DNA of 32,000 nt from the NCBI RefSeq assembly GCF_003010495.1, contig NZ_CP027570.1, positions 1,320,001 through 1,352,000 of the forward strand, in the 5' to 3' direction. The translations under genes were made by a program, and so were the position numbers. The DNA is from Megasphaera elsdenii DSM 20460. GTDB lineage: Bacteria; Bacillota; Negativicutes; Veillonellales; Megasphaeraceae. The notes under the pieces are model-generated. The model was not told the DNA's origin, searched no databases, and saw nothing but the letters and a program-made list of their open reading frames with translations. Shown piece after piece: positions 7,257 through 14,868 of the stretch (its first letter is position 1; every line of letters starts with the position of its first letter).

Positions 7257-8900
7257 ATGATGAACAACAAACTGTACAAGAAATTGGTCATCGCCATGAT
7301 GATTACGACCATAAGCGCCGTCGCCGCGGCTTCGGCTGCGGATACGACGGCCTCTGTCCGTCCTGTCGACTTAGCTCAGGCCGAAAGCATCCAGGCCCGG
7401 GCCAAGGCAGAACAGCAGGAAATCAAGGCCGAAAAGGCCCAGCAGCGGAAGGCTGCCAGAGCCGAAGCCAAGGCTAAGAAAGCCGCCGATGCTGTCCGCC
7501 CTGTCGACATTACGCCGGAACTGCGCGAAGAACTGGCTCAGAAAATCGCTGACGATGCCGCTAAGAGCGCTGAAAAGGCAGCTGACAAGCGGGCAAAGAA
7601 TCAGGAAATCGATCCGGTCATCGTCATCGGCCGCGTACCGACCAATGGCACTGTCGATTTGAACCTGCCCAAAACCGTCCAGATGGCCCTCGATTACAAC
7701 CGGGACATCAAGATGTCGCAATATCAGCTGAAATCGGCTGAAGCGGCTATTAATGAAGCTAAATCTAAAAAAATGCCACAAGTTGGTTATACATTTAGTA
7801 CCAGTCGTACTGCTGGACCGGCTATTCCTAGTACTCAAAATAAATTTGGTAATGGATTATCCGTGGAATTACCAGTATATACTGGAGGTCTTGTTGAGGG
7901 ACAAATTGACAATGCTAAAATAGGAAAAACAGATGCCCAAGAAACTATTTTGAAAACTGAACAGGCTACGAAATACAGTGCTATCGAAGGATATTATCAG
8001 CTTTTGGCCAATAAAGAACTGCAGGGCGTTTACCACGAAGCTGTCGACAACCTCCAGGGCCACTTGGATAACGTCCAGGCCCAGTACAACGTCGGCACCA
8101 AGGCCAAAGTCGACGTCCTCTCGTCGGACGTCTCCCTGGCCAATGCCAAGACGACGGCTCTCACCGCCGATAATGCTGTGGCTATTTCTGAATCGAACTT
8201 GAACAATATCCTCGGCCTGCCCTTGGAAACGAAGCTCAACTTGGCCGACCATCAGCTGCCTTTCGATACCTATAATATTTCCCTTCAGGAAGCGATGGAC
8301 TACGCCATGAAGTATCGGCCGGAAGTTCTTCAGGCTGCATTAGCTGTTCAGAAAGCGGAAAATAATATCGACATCGCTGATGCCGGCAATAAACCGACCG
8401 TATCCGTAAAAGGTAGTAATGATTGGGGTGATACCACTTTTCCTGGCATTGATGCTAATAAACGTCAGTGGTCTGTTGGTGCTAATCTCACTTATAAGTT
8501 CTACGATGGTGGTACTACCAAGGCCAAAGTCGCTCAAGCCAAACAGGACCTCCTCGTCGCCCGGGAAACGGAACAGAAGACCCGTGAATCGGTCCAGCTC
8601 CAGGTCAAGCAGGCCTACCTCAATATCCGCAGTGCGGCCCAGAAGGTCGAAGAAACGCAGACCGTCGTCGACCAGGCCCGTGAAAATTACCGTATCCAGA
8701 ACATCCGTTACCAGGCCGGTGTCGGCATCAACCTGGACGTCCTCGATGCCCAGTTGAGCCTCAACCAAGCCCAGGTCAACCATATCCAGGCCTTGTACGA
8801 CTACAACGTCGGCATTGCCAAACTGGAACAGGTCATGGGCGTCGATGTCGAATCGGGTGTCATCCATCCGTCCTTGACGGCGACGACCTATCGCGGTTAA
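7257..8900 (+). CDS. tolC: TolC-family outer membrane efflux protein with a charged N-terminal extension
   Basis: Signal peptide (VIAMMITTISAVAAASAA). Two OEP structural repeats, each ending in the conserved strand-turn motif (ELPVYTGG and TYKFYDGG). Long coiled helices are present (NLQGHLDNVQAQYNVG, ARENYRIQNIRYQAGVG). Confidence 0.85.
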   Translation: MMNNKLYKKLVIAMMITTISAVAAASAADTTASVRPVDLAQAESIQARAKAEQQEIKAEKAQQRKAARAEAKAKKAADAVRPVDITPELREELAQKIADDAAKSAEKAADKRAKNQEIDPVIVIGRVPTNGTVDLNLPKTVQMALDYNRDIKMSQYQLKSAEAAINEAKSKKMPQVGYTFSTSRTAGPAIPSTQNKFGNGLSVELPVYTGGLVEGQIDNAKIGKTDAQETILKTEQATKYSAIEGYYQLLANKELQGVYHEAVDNLQGHLDNVQAQYNVGTKAKVDVLSSDVSLANAKTTALTADNAVAISESNLNNILGLPLETKLNLADHQLPFDTYNISLQEAMDYAMKYRPEVLQAALAVQKAENNIDIADAGNKPTVSVKGSNDWGDTTFPGIDANKRQWSVGANLTYKFYDGGTTKAKVAQAKQDLLVARETEQKTRESVQLQVKQAYLNIRSAAQKVEETQTVVDQARENYRIQNIRYQAGVGINLDVLDAQLSLNQAQVNHIQALYDYNVGIAKLEQVMGVDVESGVIHPSLTATTYRG

Positions 8901-8972
8901 ATGATTTTTAAAGAAGGCGTGGCAGGTTTTTAACAATTTCACTGGGACTACTTGCCATTTGGCATCTATTCC

Positions 8973-9001
8973 TTGATTTTCTTCAACTCCATAGGTAGAA
9001 T
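8973..9001 (+). promoter_or_regulatory. Sigma-70-type promoter candidate upstream of tamB
   Basis: TTGATT (8973-8978), 17 nt, TAGAAT (8996-9001). It abuts the hairpin at 9002-9038, so its role is ambiguous. Confidence 0.3.
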
Positions 9002-9038
9002 AAAGAGAGAATTGTAACGTGCGATTCTCTCTTTTTTA
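9002..9038 (+). terminator. Terminator-like hairpin between tolC and tamB
   Basis: Stem aaagagagaat (9002-9012) / attctctcttt (9024-9034), 11-nt loop, then a T-run (cttttttata). The tamB RBS GGAG (9043-9046) follows immediately. Confidence 0.4.
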
Positions 9039-9054
9039 TATGCGGAGATTAATT

Positions 9055-12000
9055 ATGAAGAAAAAATGGATGGCTGCCTGCGGGGTCACGGCCTTCTTTC
9101 TGTCGGCAGGGATTGCCTTGTGGATGGAAAAGCCGGCATTGACCCAGATGGCGGGCCAGGCAATTACGACAACTGCAAACAGTAAATTGAACGGAACCTT
9201 GTCGTTTTCTTCACTGGATATATCCTTGAAAGGCCAGCTGGTCCTGGCCAAGCCGGTCATTAGAGATACACAAGGGCGGGTCGTCATCGAAGGGGATGCC
9301 GTCCGGGTCTACGTCAATCCCGGAAAAATCGTGAATGCCTTGAAGCAGGGCGAAATCCTGCAGGCCCTGGATACGGCTGACGTCGACAATCCGGTCCTGC
9401 ACCTGTGGCAGAATGAAGACGACGGTACGTGGAACGTGGCCTCGCTCATCAAGAAAGACCAGCGCCAGACCGATGCCGGCTTCCGCGGGGCCATCAACGT
9501 CCACAACGGAACCATTGATGCTGTGCTGCCGGACAGTACGGCCGTCATGGGGCAGAACGTCAACGGCAGCGTCTCCTTTGCCGGATATCCGTCCATGGCT
9601 ATCGATGCGTCCATGACCGTCGATGGACAGAAGGTCACGGCCCACGGTACGTATGCCTCGAACCGCCAGTATGACTTCACCCTCAGCGCCGATGCTGTCA
9701 ATGGGACCTACGCCTCGTCGTTCATCCCGGCGTCGGCCGATGTCGTCATTCGCAGCGGGACTGTAGAGAATATCAAGGTGCGCGTCGCCGACAGTCATAA
9801 CGGCTTTTTCCTGTCCGGCCAGGCCGATGTGACCGACGGCCATGTCACTGTCCAGGGACTCGATGTGGATGGCCTGAAAGGTCATGCCGCTTTGACGACC
9901 CAGGATATTACCTTATCTGGTGTCGAAGGCCGCGTCAACGGCCAGGATTTCCGCGTCGGCGGGACCATCGTGACCAACGGTGACACGCCCGTGTTCAATT
10001 TGAATGTCGACGTCCCCGGTGCTGATGTGACGGCCTTTGCCGATTACCTGCCGGCGGCCGTCAGCGGAACCGCTGGTTTCCAAGGGACGGTCTGGGGAAC
10101 GCCACAAGATGTGAGCGCCCGCGGTACGGCGTCCCTGCATGACGTGACCTATGACGGCTATACTGTCGATGAAGTCCGGGCCGACCTGGCGTATAGCCAC
10201 GACCGCGTCGACATCGCTTCCTTGTCAGCCCAGGCTTATGGCGCCTCCCTGACGGGGAAGGGCGTCTATGACGTCCGGAGCGGGGCTTACGAAGCTGACG
10301 CTGACGTCCAGGGCCTGGACTTATCGGCCCTGCCCGGTGTGCCCGCAGCTGTCATGGGAAACTTGTCAGCCTCGCTCCATGCAGCCGGCAACAGCCAGGA
10401 CGGTTCTATCGTGGCGACGGGCCAGGTGAAGGCGTCGGATCTGTCCTATAATGGTCTGACTGTCGATACGGCAGCCGGCGACGTGGCCTATGATGGTCGT
10501 ATCGTGACCTTGCGCAGTGGCCATGCTGAGGCAGGCGGGGGCAGTATCGACGTCAGCGGTTCCTATGACGTCGACAGCCAGACGCCGCATCTGACCTTTA
10601 CCGGCCATGACCTGCCCCTGGATATGGCTTCGCCTTTCGTATCCCTTCCTTTATCGGGGACAGCGGACCTTTCCGGCCATGTCGACGGATCGCAATGGGA
10701 TGTGGCCTTCAGTGCCAGCCAGGGCCAGATCAAAGGCGTTCCCTTTGACAGCCTGGATGGTACGGCTCGCGGCCAGGGCAGCCGCATCGAAATTCCCGCC
10801 CTCTATTGGCGCCGCGGCGACGGGACCCATGTCCTGACCGGTCAGGCCGACCTCGATGCCCGCACGGTACAGGCGGTGCTGACGACGTCGCATATGCGCA
10901 TCGAACAGCTCCTGCCGGCAGTGGGCAAAGAAGACCTGCCCCTGACGGGCTGGGCTGACAACACGATTACCCTCAGCGGCAGTTTGGATAATCCGACGGC
11001 TTCCGGATCTTTCCGCCTGTCCAGCGGCTCCTATGCCGGCTATCTGTACAAGAATATCAGCGCCGACTACCGGCTGGATAATGGTACGGTCTATTTATCC
11101 AACGGGGATATTTCCTCCTATACGGCGTCCCTGGCCCTGTCCGGTTCTGTCGGCGATACGCTGGATCTCGATTTGACCGGCAGACATGTCGACATCGCCC
11201 GCCTGATTCCCCAGAATAAGACGCCCCGCAGCGGTTACTTCGACATCCAGGCCCATATCGGCGGCAGCCTGGACAATCCGACGGCGGCCGGTTCCCTGAA
11301 GGCAGCGAACCTGGTCATCAACCACATGGTCTTAAACGATATCCACGGCGATTTCGCCTATTACGACGACCTGCTGCGCCTGACGGACCTTCATTTCGCC
11401 CAGCTCGGCGGGGTGTATGACGGCAATCTGCTGTATAACACGCAGTCGTCTCTCCTGCGGGGCAAGGCGACCGTCGTCAATGGTGATATTGCCGGCCTTC
11501 TCAAGGTGGCAGCCCTGCCCGTACAGGATGTGGCAGGCAAGCTGAATGGTCAGATCGACATCAGCGGAACCAGTGACAATCCGACGGTCTCCATGAAAGG
11601 GAATATCCGCGACGGCTCGTTCGGCGGCCAGCCTGTCGAACCGGCCGATATCGATGTCCAGATGGAAAACGGTGTTGTCCATCTGAACAAGGCGGCCTTG
11701 CACATCGGCAACAGCGTCCTGGCGGCCCAAGGGACCTATGCCCTGCACGGCCCAGTGAAATTGTCCGTCGCAGCCAAACAGTTCCCGGCCAAAGCCTTGA
11801 CCGATGTTCTCGGCCAGAACGGGTTCGTCGTCGATGCGCCCATCGATTTTGCAGCCGACCTGAGCGGTACCGGCGATGACCTCCAGGCCGACGTATCGGC
11901 GCAATTAGGCAGCGGCACGGCCAATGGCATTGCCTTTAGCGGCGCCTATGCCCTGTTCAACATCCGCAACGGCATGATTACGGTCCAGCAGGCCAGCGGC

Positions 12001-13341
12001 AGCCGCGATCCCTATAAGGTCAGCGCCAGCGGGACCATTCCTGTCAGTGCCTTGAAAGGCGGCCAGACAAGTGAATCCATGGACCTCGACGTCCGCCTCG
12101 ACAACGCCGGTCTCGATATCCTGACCTTCCTGACGCCCTATGTCACGGAAGCCTCCGGCCCCATCCAGGGCGGCATCAAAGTCAGCGGTACCCTCGATGC
12201 ACCGCGGGTCAACGGCGATATTGCCATTAAAAATGGGACAATCCGCTTCAAAGATACCCAGTATCCCCTGGCGGACATCAACGCTGATTTGGCCTTTAAG
12301 GGAAATTCAGCCGTCCTCAGCGGCAGCGGGACTATGGACAAAAAAGGGAAGAAGAACCCCGGCCGTGTCAGCCTCGACGGCCAGGCCTCCTGGAGCGGCC
12401 GCAGCCTGGATACGTATTCCCTGGCTGCCGACCTTTCCGGCCTTTACCTGGATTGCCCTTATTACGAAGGGCCCCTGACCGGGTATCTCCGTGTCGAACC
12501 GGGCGACGGGCGGCCGAAAGTCAGCGGCCTCATGCAGGTTGACAATACGACTGTCGACATCCCCCTGTCCCTGGCCAGCAGCAGTGACGGCCCCGATTTG
12601 GATCTGGACTTTACCCTGACTTTGGGTAACAAAGTTCGGCTTTACAGTCCGGCCTTGTATGACTTGATGGTCAACGGGTCGGTTACCTTTAAGGGGAACC
12701 TCAATCATCCGCAGCCATCGGGCCGTTTTGAAGCGACAAGGGGCACGGTTCACTATTTGGATACCAATTTCCGCGTGACCAAGGCCAAAGCCGATTTCTC
12801 GCGGTATGACTCGTTCCTGCCCTATATCGATGCCGAAGGATTCAGCCGCGTCGGCCAGTACAACGTCATGCTGACTTTGCGCGGCCGGGCCGATAACATG
12901 GACCTCATGCTCCGGTCTGACCCGCCGCTGACGAAACCGCAGATCGTATCGCTTATTACCCTGCGCAACGGCGATGAACGGCCTCAGAGTTCCCTCAATG
13001 CCGAAGATGTAGACAGCCTTATCGGCTCGGGTATCCGCATGACCCTGAACAGCTTGGGCATTACCCAGAGTCTGGAAAGGGCCTTGTCGTTAGATATGCT
13101 CACCGTGACCAATGGCTCACTCGATTTGAATGACCGCAATACGGATATGAGCCGCAACTACTATAACATTGAAATGGGGAAATACCTGTTCAACGACTTC
13201 ATGGTCACAGCGGCCTTCGGCCTCAACCACGGCGACGACCGCTTCGGTGTCATGTACGACTTGGGGCGGAACTTCAGCGTCAATGCCTGGACATCGGACG
13301 ATAACCAATTCATCGGCGGCGTATATAAATATTCATTTTAG
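9055..13341 (+). CDS. tamB: Translocation and assembly module protein TamB (AsmA-like, DUF490 C-terminus)
   Basis: ATG 9055 lies 8 nt after GGAG. There is an N-terminal membrane anchor (WMAACGVTAFFLSAGIALWM). About 1400 aa are beta-rich and repetitive (recurring SGSLDNPTA / GGSLDNPTAAG / SGTSDNPTV / SGTLDAPRV motifs). The C-terminal DUF490-like end reads ...GKYLFNDFMVTAAFGL...FIGGVYKYSF. Confidence 0.85.
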   Translation: MKKKWMAACGVTAFFLSAGIALWMEKPALTQMAGQAITTTANSKLNGTLSFSSLDISLKGQLVLAKPVIRDTQGRVVIEGDAVRVYVNPGKIVNALKQGEILQALDTADVDNPVLHLWQNEDDGTWNVASLIKKDQRQTDAGFRGAINVHNGTIDAVLPDSTAVMGQNVNGSVSFAGYPSMAIDASMTVDGQKVTAHGTYASNRQYDFTLSADAVNGTYASSFIPASADVVIRSGTVENIKVRVADSHNGFFLSGQADVTDGHVTVQGLDVDGLKGHAALTTQDITLSGVEGRVNGQDFRVGGTIVTNGDTPVFNLNVDVPGADVTAFADYLPAAVSGTAGFQGTVWGTPQDVSARGTASLHDVTYDGYTVDEVRADLAYSHDRVDIASLSAQAYGASLTGKGVYDVRSGAYEADADVQGLDLSALPGVPAAVMGNLSASLHAAGNSQDGSIVATGQVKASDLSYNGLTVDTAAGDVAYDGRIVTLRSGHAEAGGGSIDVSGSYDVDSQTPHLTFTGHDLPLDMASPFVSLPLSGTADLSGHVDGSQWDVAFSASQGQIKGVPFDSLDGTARGQGSRIEIPALYWRRGDGTHVLTGQADLDARTVQAVLTTSHMRIEQLLPAVGKEDLPLTGWADNTITLSGSLDNPTASGSFRLSSGSYAGYLYKNISADYRLDNGTVYLSNGDISSYTASLALSGSVGDTLDLDLTGRHVDIARLIPQNKTPRSGYFDIQAHIGGSLDNPTAAGSLKAANLVINHMVLNDIHGDFAYYDDLLRLTDLHFAQLGGVYDGNLLYNTQSSLLRGKATVVNGDIAGLLKVAALPVQDVAGKLNGQIDISGTSDNPTVSMKGNIRDGSFGGQPVEPADIDVQMENGVVHLNKAALHIGNSVLAAQGTYALHGPVKLSVAAKQFPAKALTDVLGQNGFVVDAPIDFAADLSGTGDDLQADVSAQLGSGTANGIAFSGAYALFNIRNGMITVQQASGSRDPYKVSASGTIPVSALKGGQTSESMDLDVRLDNAGLDILTFLTPYVTEASGPIQGGIKVSGTLDAPRVNGDIAIKNGTIRFKDTQYPLADINADLAFKGNSAVLSGSGTMDKKGKKNPGRVSLDGQASWSGRSLDTYSLAADLSGLYLDCPYYEGPLTGYLRVEPGDGRPKVSGLMQVDNTTVDIPLSLASSSDGPDLDLDFTLTLGNKVRLYSPALYDLMVNGSVTFKGNLNHPQPSGRFEATRGTVHYLDTNFRVTKAKADFSRYDSFLPYIDAEGFSRVGQYNVMLTLRGRADNMDLMLRSDPPLTKPQIVSLITLRNGDERPQSSLNAEDVDSLIGSGIRMTLNSLGITQSLERALSLDMLTVTNGSLDLNDRNTDMSRNYYNIEMGKYLFNDFMVTAAFGLNHGDDRFGVMYDLGRNFSVNAWTSDDNQFIGGVYKYSF

Positions 13342-13365
13342 TATATGTCATACGACGTTGCCCCT

Positions 13366-13395
13366 GTAGGGGCGCCCACGTGGGGCGCCCACTCC
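13366..13395. repeat. GTAGGGG-type GC-rich hairpin repeat, divergent member
   Basis: The sequence gtaggggcgcccacgtggggcgcccactcc lies 25 nt after the tamB stop. GGGGCGCCCAC is directly repeated, and GGGCGCCC is self-complementary, so a hairpin is possible. Confidence 0.5.
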
Positions 13396-13439
13396 AATAT
13401 ATGTGTGAATCTTATGAACTGAAAAGGTGGTGAAAGGCC

Positions 13440-14075
13440 ATGTTAGACGATTATCTGAAAGAACTGCAAAAAATAACCCTCCTCGAACCCGACGAAGAAC
13501 GGGCCTTGTGGCAGGCATATAAGGACAATGGGGATATGATGGCCCGGAGCCGCCTCATCGAACAGTACCAGCCGCTGGTCTTCAAGGAAACCATGCGCTG
13601 GCACATCCATCGCGACATCTTGTCCGACGCCCTGCAGGAAGGGACGCTGGGCCTCATGGAAGCCGTAGAACGTTATGACTACCGCCGCGGCGTGGCCTTT
13701 CCCTTATTTGCCGTCCATCGTATCCGCGGGGCCATCCTCGATTATTTGAAACGCGAAGGTGCCGTCAGCGCCGTATCCCTCGACGAACCCGATGAACGAG
13801 GCGTGACCCTGCAGGATACGCTCTGCGACGAGGAACAGGACCCGGCAGAGGCGACGAGCCGCCAGCTGCTGCTGGAAAAGGTCGGCCATGTCCTGAAACG
13901 GCTGCCCGAAAAGGAGCAGGCCGTCGTCGAAGGCGTATACCTGAACGATGTCGAACAGAAGCACCTGGCCAAGAGCCTGGACATCAGCCTGCCTTATGTC
14001 TATCGCCTGCAGAAACGGGGCATCCGCCGCGTCCGCGGCATGCTCAGCCGGTTCATCCATGAGAGCCGCCACTAA
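13440..14075 (+). CDS. Sigma-70 family RNA polymerase sigma factor, FliA/SigD/WhiG-like (group 3)
   Basis: RBS AAAAGGTGGTGAAAGG. Region 2 (LQEGTLGLMEAVERYDYRRGVAFPLFAVHRIRGAILDYLKRE) closely parallels FliA/SigD (AVERYD..AF.TYAV.RIRGA). Region 4 has an HTH (LPEKEQAVVEGVYLNDVEQKHLAKSLDISLPYVYRLQKRGIRRVR). Confidence 0.85.
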   Translation: MLDDYLKELQKITLLEPDEERALWQAYKDNGDMMARSRLIEQYQPLVFKETMRWHIHRDILSDALQEGTLGLMEAVERYDYRRGVAFPLFAVHRIRGAILDYLKREGAVSAVSLDEPDERGVTLQDTLCDEEQDPAEATSRQLLLEKVGHVLKRLPEKEQAVVEGVYLNDVEQKHLAKSLDISLPYVYRLQKRGIRRVRGMLSRFIHESRH

Positions 14076-14179
14076 AAAAATTTTACATTTTCTTAAAATT
14101 GGCCCGTTTTTAGGTGAAAAGAATCGGAAAATGCTGTAAAATATAGATTATGGCATGTTTTTGCGCCCTTTTACGGGTA

Positions 14180-14205
14180 TAAACTCATGCGTCCTTTCCC
14201 GATAC
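14180..14205 (+). promoter_or_regulatory. Sigma-28/SigD-type promoter candidate
   Basis: TAAA (14180-14183), 14 nt (ctcatgcgtccttt), CCCGATAC (14198-14205). The textbook consensus is TAAA-N15-GCCGATA(A/T). It lies about 40 nt upstream of ATG 14244. I found no equivalent intergenic match elsewhere in the window. Confidence 0.4.
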
Positions 14206-14243
14206 TATAGACGTATTCGTTTAGGCAGAAAGGAGAGGGCTGT

Positions 14244-14852
14244 ATGAAACATTCCCAGCGCGATACGGTTCATCGGGTCCGGGCCGTCCGGTCCTGGCTG
14301 GAAAAGGCGGAAGCTTCGTTTGATAAAGAGTCCGATATCAAAGGCGAACTCAATCTGATGCTGGCCGAAGCAGAAATGAAGAATCTGCGCAAACACCATC
14401 CCGTCAGCAAAGGCTGGCTGCGGACCGGGGCCGTCATTACAGCTCTTTTCCTGGCCCTGGGCGGCTGGTATGGATTCCATCTGTATGGACAGGGGGCATC
14501 GCCACCTGTCATGGGAACTGTCACCCCTGCGCCGACAGCCGGGAAGGCAGCTGGCCAGGGCTCGGCAGCTGAGGCCGCGCCTGCAGCAGAGCCAGTCCCG
14601 GCCGAGGAGGTACCGCCTCCTGCCCCGGCCATACCGGCACCGCCAGCGGAGCCAGCAGCCCCTGCCACCCCGGATAGGGACGAACCTATGGTACAGCCCG
14701 CCGCGACGGCTGTCACCGCACCAGCGACGCCAGTGCAGTCAGCGCCGGCTCCGGTGCGGACAGAAACGAAGGCAGTCTTATCGGACCGCCAGGTACAAGC
14801 TACGGTACAAGAAGCACGTCATACTTTGCGCGGTACGAGTACGACAAAATAG
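14244..14852 (+). CDS. Single-pass membrane protein with a Pro/Ala-rich extracytoplasmic tail; putative anti-sigma factor (function inferred from context only)
   Basis: RBS AAAGGAGAGGG. About 60-aa helical N-domain, one TM helix (GAVITALFLALGGWYGFHLY), then a low-complexity P/A-rich region. It lies directly downstream of the sigma gene and 16 nt upstream of bamA. Confidence 0.7.
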   Translation: MKHSQRDTVHRVRAVRSWLEKAEASFDKESDIKGELNLMLAEAEMKNLRKHHPVSKGWLRTGAVITALFLALGGWYGFHLYGQGASPPVMGTVTPAPTAGKAAGQGSAAEAAPAAEPVPAEEVPPPAPAIPAPPAEPAAPATPDRDEPMVQPAATAVTAPATPVQSAPAPVRTETKAVLSDRQVQATVQEARHTLRGTSTTK

Positions 14853-14868
14853 ATAATGGAGGATTTTT

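Noticed and set aside
14500-14760. Pro/Ala-rich coding region of the putative anti-sigma, the Ser-rich Skp tail (18870-18943) and the Lys/Asp-rich tail of the S55 protein (4030-4150) as nucleotide tandem repeats or contingency loci
   Set aside because: These are low-complexity at the protein level only. The DNA lacks perfect short tandem repeat tracts that would support slipped-strand phase variation.
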